A stretch of DNA of 64,000 nt. Source: the human T2T-CHM13v2.0 reference genome, Homo sapiens. Under the pieces are notes generated by a model that was given only the letters and a program-made list of their open reading frames with translations, was not told where the DNA came from and did not search any database. Location: NCBI RefSeq assembly GCF_009914755.1, contig NC_060931.1. One strand, 5' to 3'. Shown here piece after piece: positions 47,544 through 62,321 of this stretch (positions are counted from its first letter, which is position 1; every line of letters begins with the position of its first letter). The translations under genes were made by a program, and so were the position numbers.

Positions 47544-48242
47544 TGACCTTCCAGGAGTCACTAGGATTCATCTACAGGTGATGTTTCCTCTGAGTAGAAG
47601 CTGCTGTGAGCATTCACAGAAGTTTGACAGATTTGCTGCTTTTATAGGAGACTGCAGTATCTGAATTATTTCAATTGATTTTTTTTTTGGCGTCAAAGTA
47701 TTTTGCCAAGAAAAGGCAATTTACTTTATATTAGGTCATCGTCATGCATATCATTTCCTGCTTTTTAAAATGCCCTGCTGTTCTATATTCTGGAGCTCAC
47801 TCTGTTGGACACTTTATTTGCTCTGGAGTCCCTCTCATTCAGTTTTGCCCTCAATTTCTCTTCATCTTTATAATAGTGATTCTATTTAGGCAATGCAGCT
47901 CCATTTCCCCAAGGGCCTGGAGTATTCACAGGCCTGGATGGGCTAGGGTTGTTTTTACCTGAAAGAAGCTCCATGCTCAGGCGATGCTGCCTGCTCACTG
48001 GCACAACACTGGAGAGAGATGAGGTACTCTCTCATGAGGTTGAAGACGTGCGTGCCTGTGGCCCGGCCCTTCCACTTATGAGCACGTGAAGCCCATCCAA
48101 GAATGTCCATGGCACCACTGTTTGTGACGGTATCACAAAATAAACAAAAGATGTAAATGTTCATTAATAAGATAATGATGTATGGTATATTCATACAATA
48201 GAAATGATCATGGTATATTTGAAATACATGTATTAATATTAA

Positions 48243-48536
48243 TTATTATTATTTTTTGAGACCGAGTCTTACTCTGTCGCTCAGGCTGGAGTGCAGTGGT
48301 GTGATCTTGCTCACTGCAACCTCCATCTCCTGGGTTCAGATGATTCTTGTGCCTCAGCCTGCTGAGTAGCTGGGACTACAGGCGCCTGCCACCACTGCTG
48401 GCTAATTTTTATACAGCAGGGATGGGGTTTCACCATGTTGGCCAGGCTGGTCTCGAACTCTTGACCTCAAGTGATCCGCCTGCCTTGGGCCTTCCAAAGT
48501 GCTAGGATTACAGGCATGAGCCATCATGCCTGATCC
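48243..48536 (-). mobile_element. AluS within an old L1M 3' fragment
   Basis: Dimeric Alu. Confidence 0.88.
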
Positions 48537-48898
48537 AATTAATATTAATATTAAAACATGTATTTCAAATATACTGTAATCATTTCTATTGTATAACACA
48601 TGTATGTTAATATTATTACATGAAGCATATGTATATATTTCCAAATGGATAAACACAACTTTGAGTAAGAAAGGTAGGGTGCAGAATGAAATACAGAATA
48701 GGACACCATTTATACGAAGTTCAAAAACAGGTAAAACAATATTAGATATTCTCTAAAGAAACATATTTGCATTGTATGCATAAAAATATGCATGAGACTA
48801 ATAAACACAAAATGAAGGATGGTATTTACTTTTCTCAAGAAAGGGAAAGAAATGGAATTGGAAAGGGTGCCAGGGAACTTCCAAAGCATCTGTGATAC

Positions 48899-49191
48899 TT
48901 TATTTATTTATTTATTTTTTGAGATGGAGTCTTGCTGTGTCACCCACGCTGGAGTGCAGTGGTGTGATTTCTGCTCACTGCAACCTCCATCTTCTGGGTT
49001 CAAATGATTCTTGTGCCTCAGCCTCGATTACAGGCACCTGCCACCACGCCCAGCTGATTTTTATATTTTCAATAGCAACAGGGATTCACCATGTTGGCCG
49101 GGCTCTTATCGAACTCCTGACCTCAAGTGATCTGCCTTCCTTGGCCTCCCAAGATGCTAGGATTACAGGTGTGAGCCACCGCATCTGGCCT
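48899..49191 (-). mobile_element. AluS
   Basis: Dimeric Alu; tgata on both flanks. Confidence 0.88.
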
Positions 49192-50499
49192 GATATTTTG
49201 TTTTTTAAAAACAAAAAAAAACAGAAGATCTGAAGCAAATATTCACATGCATGCACATTCAAGCCACATGAGTGACTGTTACAATTCTGATAAAAAAGGT
49301 AAAATTTTATTCAGATTGTGTTGTTCAGTGTGCAGGATGCAGGTTCTTTAAGGAAAATTACCAGAAAACTTTGTCCCTGGGGCAGTCTGTGGTTGACTTT
49401 TGTAAGTAGGAACAAGAAGCATTTAGAAAAAAGGGGAATCAGTTCATCCCTAACCAACAGTTTTCCTTGAAATTAGCTGTTAGAGAAGAGTGTAGACAGA
49501 ATAACATTTTGCTTTATTCCCTTCTGATGTGTAAGAGGAGGAAATCAGGGCTTTACAATGATTGATTACTGAGATGGAGACTAATGGACAAGTCATTCCA
49601 GCCCCTTTTAAATTTCCTGCTGCTTGTGGAGAAAAAAAATCAAGAATTCCAAGAGCCACTAAAGTCACTTTTTCAATTAACTTGATCATAGATTGAACTT
49701 TAAATAGATAGAGCACTGAGACAGAGAGTAACCAGCTATTGAGGGTGTGAGACAAACCCAGAATTGAGCACAGACCTCTCAGAAGGCATTTTAACCCCAG
49801 GGAAGATAATTCAGCGAGAACTAGTAAAGAAAAGGTGAGAATTGATAAAAAAGAAATAGAGTATATTTGTCTTCTTTAGCAGTTTTCATATCACTTTTGA
49901 AACTGAGTAGAGAGTGTTAGTAAAACTTTAAGGTATTGATCATTTATTCTGAAGATTATGAAGGTGGCTTCAGCCAAGAGTCCTTATGTTAAGATCATGT
50001 GTTTCTGCCTTCCCTATTTATACAAACTATAGCTGGAATAGAAAAATCCCCTCAGAATTATAGCAAGAACTCCATTTTTCAGTTTATACTGCTTTGAAAA
50101 AACCAAAGCTGGCCTCTCATTACCAAGGGATCATGAAAGTTCCAAGGGATTTCAGGGGTGTTGAAGCAGAATAACTTCAGTGCTCATGTTTTGGTAACCA
50201 CAGGGCTGGAAGAGATGCCCAGATGCAGCCCTGGACAGGCCTGGGCTGAAGGTCCCAGGTGGGTGTTCTGCTTGGTTCTTGATGCTCTGCGGGGAGGGAG
50301 ACATGTTGCACTTCATGAGGTGAATGACCTTCCACTTTGGAAAAGCCTGGCCTCTGTGTCTTCAACCTCTTCTCTCTCACTCCTTCCTCAATGTCAGCAT
50401 CAGTGGAGTGGAAGGTGACTTGCTTGGCCCTTGTTCTTTTTAGTTGTGGCTTCTCTGCTTGCCTGGCTTTCTTTCCTTCCTCGTGTGCACCTCCCATGC

Positions 50500-50911
50500 A
50501 CTCCCATGTGCTAGGTTTCCTCACCCATCCCCCTCCTGAGACTGCTCCTGAAAAACCTCACTCCCTGGCTTTCCAGACACTGTTCTCTACCAGATCTGTG
50601 TGTAGCTCTATTCTTGTTCCTTCTTCTTTGCCAGTTTTTCTTCCTCAGACTGTGTAGATATCCTTCAGAATTCCACTTCTCTTTCTCACTCTTCACCTTC
50701 TCCTGGATCAGTCTCAGCCACGTCTAGGGCCATTTTCTTTTATGCTCATGACTAGTTGCACTGGGAATCTCTAGCCAGTCTTTCCATCTGAGCATCTTGC
50801 CTATTGGATATCTCCACTAGGATCACCCATGGGTCCAAAGGAATCTATTTCATCTTTTTCCTCCAGACTCATCTCTTCTTCATTTTCCTCTGTCTTAGAG
50901 AACATGGCTCA
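50500..50911 (+). mobile_element. L2 internal fragment (sense)
   Basis: tatgctcatgact...gcctattggatatctccactaggat matches L2 sense motifs. Confidence 0.6.
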
Positions 50912-50980
50912 CTGCCATAAATGTGTTCTTTTGAGAATTGTGTGTTCATATCCTTTGCCCACTTTTTGATGGGGTTGTTT
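50912..50980 (-). mobile_element. Short inverted L1PA ORF2 fragment
   Basis: Near-identical to 25008-25072 of the minus-strand L1HS. Confidence 0.85.
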
Positions 50981-51187
50981 AAATTACTTTGTGAATTGGG
51001 GATATGGAGGCTTTAAGAAAAAAAATAAACCTTAAAAAAGAAAATAAATTGAAGTTTATTATATGCATTATAAAACAATTCACATCATTGTTCCTTTTAA
51101 TAGTGAATCCCCCACCCTAGCCCAATGAAGTTATGAATCTTTTTAAAATGAGATTTCCAGATCTAGTGCATTAACTGAGATAAACTT

Positions 51188-51582
51188 TCATTCATTCAAC
51201 AAATATTTACTAAGTACCTATTATGGCCCATGCATTATATCCATGCATTATGCAAAACCCTGTGGATAAAAAGGTGAGTAGGAAATAGTTCCAAAATGGT
51301 CTCAAAAGGGAGGGAAACATATGGGTAAGCAAATAAATACGACAAAATGTCACTATTGCTGGAAAGAATGTATGTTTGGTGTGTCCAGAAGCCTAAAGGA
51401 GGCAGAAAGCACTTCGACCTGGTATTTGGGGATGAGGGGACATCCAGCAAGACTGGGAGGAAGGGCTTTAGGCTGATTCCTAAGGGATTAGCAGGCACTG
51501 GACAGGCAGACTTGGAGGTAGGGGGCCGAGATGGGGAGGAGGCTTCCAGACAAAGGAAGAATCATGAGCAAAGGCTCCCAAG
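51188..51582 (-). mobile_element. L2 3' end (antisense)
   Basis: ttcattcattcaacaaatatttactaagtaccta is the reverse complement of the L2 terminus. Confidence 0.7.
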
Positions 51583-52221
51583 GGATAAATAGGAACACTT
51601 TTACACTGTTGATGGGACTGTAAACTAGTTTAACCATTGTGGAAGACAGTGTGGCGATTCCTCATGGATCTAGAACTAGAAATACCATTTGAGCCAGCCA
51701 TCCCATTACTGGGTATATACCCAAAGGATTATAAATCATGCTGCTATAAAGACACATGCACACATATGTTTATTGCGGCACTATTCACAATAGCAAAGAC
51801 TTGGAACTAACCCAAATGTCCATCAATGATAGACTGGATTAAGAAAATGTGGCACATATACACCATGGAATACTATGCAGCCATAAAAAAGGATGAGTTC
51901 ATGTCCTTTGTAGGGACATGGATGAAGCTGGAAACCATCATTCTGAGCAAACTATTGCAAGGACAAAAAACCAAACACCGCATGTTCTCACTCATAGGTG
52001 GGAATTGAACAGTGAGAACACTTGGATACAGGAAGGGGAACATCACACACCAGGGCCTGTTGTGGGGTTGGGGGAGGGGGAGGGATAGCATTAGGAGATA
52101 TACCTAATGTAAATGACGAGTTAATGGGTGCAGCACACCAACATGGCATATGTATACATATGTAACATACCTGCAAGTTGTGCACATGTACCCTAGAACT
52201 TAAAGTATAATAAAAAAAAAA
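51583..52221 (+). mobile_element. 5'-truncated L1PA (about PA4-PA6) 3' end
   Basis: ORF2 C-terminus with an in-frame stop (tggaactaa); 3'UTR taatgtaaatgacgagttaatgg and cctagaactt; poly(A). Confidence 0.88.
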
Positions 52222-52399
52222 GTCTAGCCACCACTTCATGATAATCTTGTCCACTTTTGCTACCCTTCTTGCCTTTCCCAGACTCTTCCTCTCATCAGCA
52301 TACTTGGATACAGAGAAGCCTACTGCCATTCTTGTTCCTATCATGAATATAAGAATTTCCAAATCTGCTTCTGGACCTTTAAATTTTTTAAAAAAATTT

Positions 52400-52559
52400 A
52401 ATTTTAGAGACAGGGTCTCACTCTGTGGCCCCGGCTGGAGTGCAATGGTGCAATCATAGCTCACTGCAGCTTTGAACTATGACCTCAAGGGGTCCTCCCA
52501 CCTCAGCATCCCAAACCCCAGAGTGTTGGAGTTACAGGAGTGAGCCACTGTACCCAGCC
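52400..52559 (-). mobile_element. Monomer-length Alu remnant
   Basis: gagacagggtctcactctg...gagccactgtacccagcc. Confidence 0.7.
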
Positions 52560-53942
52560 TACTTCTAAGTCTTTTACTGGCATATCCAACTATTTCCTCA
52601 GCATCCATTTCCAAGTTTCTCAATGTTTATCAGCAGTAATGTCCTCGGGTTGTCTTGATGAAGCCTCTCTCTCAAACGTTGTTGAGAGCAGCCTCCTCAT
52701 ATCTCCTCTGATAGTGACTTTGGTCAGATAATGAGAACAGACTGATGAAGGAAAGCAGACTGTGCTTTCTGTAATTTCCTCTTCTTTGGTTTATTCTTCA
52801 GTTCACTTTTCATGACTTTCAAAATGAGTGGGTCAGTGATGTTGGGAAAACATGGTGGGTATCTGCCTCTGATTCTCTGATGTATCTGTCCCTATTGTGG
52901 TAGGTGAACATTACAGAAAGCATTTGTCCCCCATAGGGGGATTCAGGGACAGAGAGATGTCATGGCCAGCCAACACATCTTTTCTTACAAAGACCACCAA
53001 ATTCCAGGTTAACAATATGTGAGAGAGTTTCACTCCTTAGGGTCTTACCGAGAAGCAGATTCTCTTTGGAAATGCCAGTGACTGTTGTTCAGTCCAGGTC
53101 ATCTCACAGTCAGGGTTTTAAGGACTTCTCCTTTAGCCATAATATCTGAAGGGCACAGCCCATTGCCACCTAACTCAGATAAGTAGAGTAATTATTTTGC
53201 TTTTAGCAGATAAATATAGATATGGCTGCATTGCTTGGCTCTCTAAACTAGGTTGAATAAATGATTCATATCAAGGAAATATTTCCTATGACCCCCATAA
53301 CTCCTGGATTTATATTAGGAGTTAATTATGCTAGGTTAAGCTGGAAAATGATTTCCAGCACTTTCTGCCCAAGTTGTATAAAGTGCTATAGGTCAAAATT
53401 CAGTAATAACCATTGGGTAGGCATTTCTGTTAAATTTGTGGTTTGAAGAGCTGGCTTTAATTTAAAAAAAATTGTAAATATTATTAATGAGTTATACAGT
53501 AATTCAGGTTTCATAAAATGGTGGGTAACCCTTTCACTGGAAAACTGTCTCTTGTTATATATATATTTATTTAAAAACCTGTAGGAACCCAGTGGTCTAT
53601 TTCAAACTGAAGGTGGCATTTCTTCTCCTTGGGTCAGCAGAGTTGTTAACATTTCAAAGAAGGACATTTGTGCTCCTCTGCCAGCAGCATGCCTGTATCA
53701 GCTTTTATTACACATATCTTTAGTGGTGTGGTGGCTGGCTGGGTGCTTGTAGATCAATAAGCTGCTAAAAAGGGAGCTGCATCAGAGACCATAATGGCTT
53801 CTTCATAGGAGATAGATTGTCTCCAGGTAGTGAAGTGCATTTAGGAATAACAACAAGAATATCCCTGCATTGAGATCCTTATTATTTAGAAGAAAGAAAT
53901 AGATCCTTTCAAGGTGATGAGTCCTAGAATGTACTTTGTTAA

Positions 53943-54240
<298 letters not shown>

Positions 54241-54759
54241 TAACATGCTAAAGATACATTCCAGGAGGTCTTGTGTCCACTGTTATAGCTGAATTCCATA
54301 CAAATTCAGCTTCTGTTAATGGAAGAATTCCCAGACCGAGAAAGACAGGATTAGTTCCCTTGGCCTCAAATATTTCTTGATTATAGTAATTCTTGGTTAC
54401 CCTACCAATTTAAAAAAATCTTGTAATCTGAACACTGATTTTTAAGAGACTTGGGTGGGCTTGGATATAGCATCAGTGAGGAACTAGGAAAAGTAAACGC
54501 CCTGGAAATAAAGTGATATAGATGGAAGTGGAGGGTAATGGAAACCTGCAGAAGATAGCATGAACCTCCTTGGCTGAGTTTCTTGACTTGAAGGCTGGGG
54601 ACACTTACAGTCTACCTGTGCAAAATGTACTTATGTACAGGTGAGGTCCTAGGTCCATATGAACTGAGGGAGGATGGTGACTTTTTCCAGTGGGGTAACA
54701 ATTTCTACTTTATGCTTCTCCTTCATGATGCATGGGTAAATTATATAGATTATATATTC

Positions 54760-56230
54760 GCTTGTTCAACAAATATTTGATGAATACTTACATGTCATAA
54801 TTTGTACAGGGGGCTTAGGATGCAGTAGTTCACTAAATAGGCAAAATCTTTTGCCTATATGGAGCTCATATTCCACTGAGAAAATGGACAATAATCAGAT
54901 AAATAAGTAAAACATATAATACATTAGATAAAGCTTAGTGCTAAGGAGAAGAAAACAAAGCATGGAAAAGGGATAGGAAGTGTGAGGTGGTGAGTTGAAA
55001 TTGCAGATGGGATGGCCAGAGAAGAGTGCACCAAGAAGCTGACATTTGAGTCAAGGTCTGAAGGACATGAGGAACTAGCTATGGGGCTCTCTGAGGAAGA
55101 GGATTTCAAGTGGAGGGAATAACAAGGGCAGTGACTTTGATGTCAGAGAATGGTGGCATGTTATAGAAATAGCAAAGGTGGCAGAATGAATGGGGCAGAG
55201 CAGGTGAGGGGGCTTGTAGTCAGATGTCAGGGAATTAAAGATCCATGTTACGTAGTGTTTGAAGGTCATAGGAAGCACTGCAGGATTTTGAGAAGAGGAG
55301 CGATGTGATTAGATTTATGGCTCAAAAGGATCCCTTGGGTAGCTGAATTGGTAATAGATTATAGAAGGGCATATATAGAAGCCAGGAGACCAGCCAGCAA
55401 AGATGGTGACTAGAACCAGAGTACAGGGAGAAGAGACTGGATTCTGGATGTATTTTGAATGGAAAGTTATCAGGATTGGCGGAGGGATCAGATGCAGGGC
55501 AGATGAGAAAAAGAAGTCAAAGATGGCACCAATATTTCAACAGGAGCTGGCAGAGCAGAGCTGCCATTTACCATGATGGATAGGACTGCAGGATCTTGTT
55601 TTGAAGATCTACTATTTTGTGTATGATAATCTTTGAGGTGCCTTTTTAGTTGCTCAAGGGGAGATATCAAGAGTTAGCTGGATATATAGGACCGAGTTTG
55701 GGGGAGAAGTCTCACTGGGGATGTAAACAGAGGAGTCATCAGCTCATGGTACTGGAAGTTGTGAGACTGAAAGAGATCACCTAGAGAGGGATTGATTGTA
55801 AACTTGGAAGAGAAAATATCCAAAGATTAAGCCCTGGGGCACTCCAGCTTGATAGAGCTCAGGGAGATGAGTTGGAATCTGCAAAAGAGACTGTGAGGAA
55901 GAGTCAGTGAGTTAAGAGAACATTCGGGAAAGTGTGCTGTCCTAGAAGCCAAATGAAGAAAATATGTTAAGGAGGAGGAAGTGGTCACCGCTGTGAAGTG
56001 CTGTCAATGGGTCAAGTTCAATGAGGCCTGAGACTTGAATTTTGGATTTCACAATGCAGAGGTCATTGATTTCAGTGTTGGGGGTAAAAACTTGACCAAG
56101 AGTGAATGGAAGGAGAGGAATTGGAGACGGTGAGCAAAGACAAATTTTTAAAGGAGTTTTGGTATAAATATAAAGAAAGAAATGGTAACTGGACTGAGAA
56201 AGTTAGGTCAAGAGAGACTTAAGTTTTTCT
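54760..56230 (-). mobile_element. Long L2a-like fragment
   Basis: gttcaacaaatatttgatg...ggattctggatgtattttgaa...gccctgggggcactcca...agaggtcattga. Confidence 0.75.
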
Positions 56231-58429
56231 TTTTAAATTAGATAAATAAAAGCATAGTTGTAGGCTGATGGGAATGGTTCATAGATAGGGACAAAACTGA
56301 TGGTGCAGAAAAAACAAAAAGGAGAGAATAGAATTGCAGGAGCAACTGCTGGATAGGGTTGAAGTAGGAAGGAAGGTGGGAAAAAAAAGATGGAAGGAAA
56401 TGAACATGGCCCAGGAAGAAACACATGTTTTAGGTGAGGCAGGAAGAAAAAATTGGAGATGGCCTTTCTTGAAGCAAGGCATCAATTATTTTACTCACAT
56501 TACAACCTAATGGGAAAATAGAGCAAAGAGCTTTATGCTTTTTAGAAGAGAGTTTCTATAGTACTTTAGCATCTTTTTATTATTGAGTAATTAATGGGAG
56601 TTCTCTGAAGAAAGCAGGATTGGAAAGTGAACCTTACTCTATTCTATTTGGGTATGGTGGTTTGCATTTGCTTTATAAAAAGGATCTCTGGTCAGAGTAG
56701 CCTAGCTATTCTAAGCACTGGGTGGCTGGTGATTGGTTGGACATTCTGAGACATTTTGGCCTCAGTTAGTTGGAATGTGACACGCTGTGTCTTGAAGTAT
56801 GGTGCTCTGAAAAGCATAAACAGGTTTCATTTTTTAAAAGAGAGGACAGTGCATCCTCAAACCTCTCTTTCTAGTTGCTATCTCCTGTAGGGATCCTTTA
56901 GCCAATGGTTTCTGCAGTTTTTAATTTAATAGCATCACTCTAATTAGAATTTAGGGTGCTTTGGCTCTGATGACATTCAGGTCATTTTTTGAGATAAAGC
57001 TGCTTTATTTTCAGGCTGAATAGCCACATTCTTGCCTTGTCATCCTAAAAATGCTTCACTGTGTCTGCATTTCAGAGCCTCTGATTAAATGACTGAAGAC
57101 CTATAGTGATGCAGAATCAATTTCTTTGTTATTATACTGTTAAGTTCTTTTTAAAAACGAAGTGCAATAATTCCTTGTAACCTCCCCACAACAAGTATTT
57201 TCTACATTAATATAGAAATTACGGTCACAAAACCTTCCTTTCTTGGAAAAAAGAGTCTGGCTATTGTGTGAAAATTATTGGCCACATTTATAGGCAGCCA
57301 CTTTGTAGGTTTTTTGAGAAGGTATGGATGTCATTAGCCTTTTTTATTTCTTCAGTGGGGTTTGTAAGGACTCAAAATTCTAAGAAAAGCTGTGTATGTT
57401 CTGGAGACAAGGAATAACAGGTGCAAGTTAGTGGAGCAGGTGGTGTATCATTTTCCCCATTGCCTTCTACTCAGAAACGGTGGGATACTAGTTTCCAATT
57501 TGGAAACCATGTGAGAAATGCCATTTAGTTCCACCTGTAATTTGCCTTTAACTTTTGACTTTTTCTTTACCCTTCTGATGTGTGTCTGGTAATATGATGA
57601 GTTCTACCTGTAAACAAGTAGATTCTTAATTTCCATAAAATGTTTTTTGGAATGTGTGTCATGACCAATTTTATTTTTTCAAACTCTTGGGAATTTTTTA
57701 ACTTATGATTTTTCTCTGTTACGTTATTGCTGCTTTCTTCCACAACTATCCCAGTACATAGGCTTATTGAATAGATTGCTCTCCTCCATAATCTTTGGTC
57801 GCCCATTTGCTTTCTGTCTTTCAGCAGCTGTGTATTCTCTCAATCAGATCATTTCAACAGTACTTTTATTTTCACCAATCAAACCCTGAGCCACCTCACC
57901 AATATGTGTGGCATGCAGAAGACGTATGATTATTCTCATTTTACATACAGAAGACCTGAGGCTCAAAAATGTTTACCATCTGTTGCCTGGCTAATAAAGA
58001 GTGGAAGCAGATCAGAACCATTGCCTTTTCCAGTGATCTTTCAACCACTGCACTCCAGGATGCTGCCTCACGGTGCTGTGTTGAATTGGGGGTGTGCCTG
58101 TGTGTTTTCCTGTTTTGTACTTTTACCTGTCTTTCATCACCTGGTATCCATAGGAGTGGCCAGGTGGGTGAAGAGAAGTATAAATGCTGATGGTAACGTA
58201 GGCAACCAACCATATCCTACAAGGCCACTACTGGCATTGATGGCCTTGCCCATGGTATCCAGAGGGGACTATACAACATGATCAGCCTCTTGCTCTGTCT
58301 CCTCATAACTGGCATTCTTCCAGCTTTGAGGGGTAAATATTTAATAGAGTAGTATTCTAGTCATAGATATTTTGTTACACTATGCTTTAAATTGCATTGC
58401 AGGTCAAATGTTTGCCCACTGAACAGACA

Positions 58430-59012
58430 GTGCCTTTCCTTATGGGTGTACAGCCAGGCTATTTTACTCAGCATTCTCTGCAGTTAGAGTTAGGTGTGGC
58501 TATGTGACTGGGTTCTGGACAGTGATATGTGAGTATAAGTGGTATATTCCACTTCCATGTCTGTCCCATAAAATAATTCTGTGTGATTGCCTATTTTCTT
58601 CTATCTTCTCTCTGGATGCTAATATTCTGGGTGACGTTAGAAGGCAAGGACTGAAGATGGCAAAGCCTTGAGAAGCCTGAGTCCTCGAATGTCAGAAAAC
58701 AGTGACCTCCCCTGTGTTGGTGGCCAATTGGACTTTAGTGAACAAGAAATAATCTTCTGGAGCTTCTGGATAGCTGACCATGTGGAGGTTCCTAGAAGGC
58801 GGTGTAACCAGGGAGGGCAGGGAAGCTCCATACCCCTTCCCTTATACTGCACTCTATAGTCTCTTCTGTATCTTTTGTAATATCCCTTATAATAAACTAC
58901 AAAATGTAAGTAAGTGTTTCTCTGAATTCTGTGAGCTGCCTCAGCAAATTAATCAAACCCAAAAGGGGATCATGGGAACCTTAACTTCAAGGTAGTCAGA
59001 CAGAAGTTCCAG
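58430..59012. mobile_element. LTR fragments (MLT1-like, then MER21-like)
   Basis: gcagttagagttaggtgtggctatgtgact; ctttgtaatatcccttataataaac...gtgtttctctgaattctgtgagc. Confidence 0.55.
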
Positions 59013-59016
59013 AGAG

Positions 59017-59307
59017 GCTGGGTGGGTGGCTCACACCTGTTATCCCAGCACTTGGGGAAGCAGAAGGATCACTCGAGCCCAGGAGTGTGAGACCAGCCTG
59101 GGCAACATAGCGAGATCTCATCTCTACAAAAAATTTTAAAAAGTTAACTGGGCATGGTGGCACGTGCCTGTAGTCCCAGCTACTCAGGAGGCTGAGGTGG
59201 GAGGATCATCTGAGTCCAGAAGATCAAGGCTGCAGTGAGCTATGATTGCACAGCTGCACTCCAGCTTGGGTGACAGAGTGAGAAGTTGTCTCAAAAAAAA
59301 AAAAAAA
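59017..59307 (+). mobile_element. AluJ
   Basis: Dimeric Alu. Confidence 0.88.
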
Positions 59308-59333
59308 TTCTTAGCGAAGTTACAGAGATTTTA

Positions 59334-59618
<285 letters not shown>

Positions 59619-59813
59619 TTAACACAATACATGTTATAGTAATCTGTATGTATTTATAACAAGATTTGAAGAAATAAAGAATAAATTCAGTACTTTTTTC
59701 CCTCTCAAAAATGTTAAGAATGGTCAAGGGTCTCTTAACCTCATCCTGGTTACTATTCAAAAATTGAAGAGAATCAGTCCACCTTGACCCATTTTGGCCA
59801 ATAGAGCGATACG

Positions 59814-59834
59814 GGGTCTGTCCATGGTCCTGAA
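59814..59834 (-). promoter_or_regulatory. RE1/NRSE-like REST site in intron 1
   Basis: Minus strand TTCAGGACCATGGACAGACCC, canonical spacing. Confidence 0.6.
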
Positions 59835-59895
59835 ATCTTTAGCATTTTCATCAAGTGCTAAATTTGCAAACTTTCCCAAACCTCATCATCTTTGA

Positions 59896-60306
<411 letters not shown>

Positions 60307-60689
60307 TGATTCATGACATTACCAAAAGTCCACCATTCTACATGTTCCCTTACCAAAAATATGAAGCCTTACAACTTTTTCCCAGTGAGAAGGTATCTTT
60401 CCAATTTATTATCTCTTTTACTCACTTGATGTTAGAGTCTGTGCCACTTGAAACTTTTGGTACTGGAAAATGTCCCCAGTGTCAATGGAAGAATGTTCTT
60501 CTAACCATAATTCCTCATACCAGATTAAATACAGAACTGCCCTCTTGAAGGGCTTAATGTTTTGGATCCCAGATTTATCAGATTTGTCAGGACACAATTA
60601 CAAATATTTTTTGTCTTAACCCAATTTAAAGACATTTGTATGTAAAGTGGTTTGTCTAGGCTACTGTTTTAAGTAGCTTCTGTAGAGAG

Positions 60690-60935
60690 TGAGCAGTGAA
60701 GAGTGTAGACCCTGAAGTTATACTGCCTTCAGATCTCAGCTTTACAGTTTACTATCTGTGTGACCCTGAGCAGATTACTTAAGCTTTCTATGCCTCAGTT
60801 TCCTTATCTATAAAATGGAGATTATATTTGAATTCTATCTTAGAGATTTATTGTGAAGGTTGAGTGAGTTCATACAAGTAAATGCCATAGAATAGTACCT
60901 GGCACATAGTAAGTGCAAGCTATTGTTATTATCTT
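60690..60935 (+). mobile_element. MIR
   Basis: gcctcagtttccttatctataaaatgg...cctggcacatagtaagtgc. Confidence 0.7.
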
Positions 60936-62034
60936 TAAAACTCATAAGAAAATAGAATGGGTTGACAAGGCCATTTCCATGTGCATATCTGCATTAGATA
61001 ACTGCCAAAATGATTTCTCTTGTCAGAAGTGCTGTATGTGCAAGTGCATATCTGAAAGTCTCCAGTTGTGATTTCTTTGGGGCTTTGCCTTCACCTTTCC
61101 GATGAAGTTTACCCTTTTAATAATCTGTCTGGCTCCATCTCGGCCATTGTTATTTACAAAAACCAAACCCAAAACAAAACAAACAAACAAACAAACAAAC
61201 ATGTTTAGAGAAACCGAAAACAAAAGTCTTCTAACTTTGCTAAAGCCAATTAGACCATACATTATCAACCAGGGCAGAATGGAATCTAGGGACAGCTGTG
61301 AAGTTTGTCTTTGGAGATCCCAGCCTCCTCCTTCAGAATATTTTCCTCCTTGATATGAATTTTCCTCCCTTTTCCATGAATGAAGTCATTTCTCTACCTT
61401 CCTTCCTATTGGCAGACCCTGTATTATTTTCAGTTGTAAATGACTAATAAAGTTCAATTCCTGGCCCTTCCCAGGAGAACATGCTACAGATATGGAGACT
61501 AAGCTTTAGGGCAAAAAGATACATTTCTAATGTGAAATTTAAACTATTAGGTAAGATGAGTATTTTGTGGCCACACGTTCCTTTTAAACATTATTATAAA
61601 TAGCTACTTTTGAAAACTTTCTTACATGTCTGGGTCTGATTAAGGGTTTGCACATTAATTCATCCTGAATTGAATTGTCAATGTGCTGAATGGACTCATA
61701 TGTAGCCAGCAATGTATTGTTAAAGAACCATAAGCTGCAGCCTCTCAAAGAGGGATGCAGATCAGAGTAGACCTCCACACTCAGTAATGTTCTAATCTCT
61801 TGATTTGGCACAGGAGCTTGGTTTGCACTATTATAGATCTATAGCAAATCACAGTTTCTTATGTATCAACTGCATTCATGCGTTATGGTCCTTAATCACA
61901 GCTTAGGTGACATTTAATGGAAAGATCACTGTGCTAGGTTGAGTCAAAGCATTGACTCCTATATCCAGCTCTGCTGTTTACCTGGGTCACTGGCCCCTTT
62001 GGAGCTTGTGTCTGTAAAATGAAAACGGTGTCTC

Positions 62035-62321
62035 TTTTTTTTTTTTTTTTGAGACAGAGTCTGGCTTTGTCGTCCAGGCTGGAGTGCAGTGGCGTGATCT
62101 CGGCTCACTGCAAGCTCCGCATCCCGGGTTCACGCCATTCTCCTCCCTCGTAGCTGGGACTACAGGCACCCGCCACCACACCCGGCTAATTTTTTGTATT
62201 GTTAGTAGAGATGGGGTTTCACCATGTTAGCCAGGATGGTCTCGATCTCCTGACCTCGTGATCTGCCCGCCTTGGCCTCCCAAAGTGCTGGGATTACAGG
62301 CGTGAGCCACTGCGCCCGACC
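62035..62321 (-). mobile_element. AluY inserted in a MIR
   Basis: gcaagctccg and cacgccattctcc diagnostics; TSD aaaa(c/t)ggtgtctctt. Confidence 0.9.
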
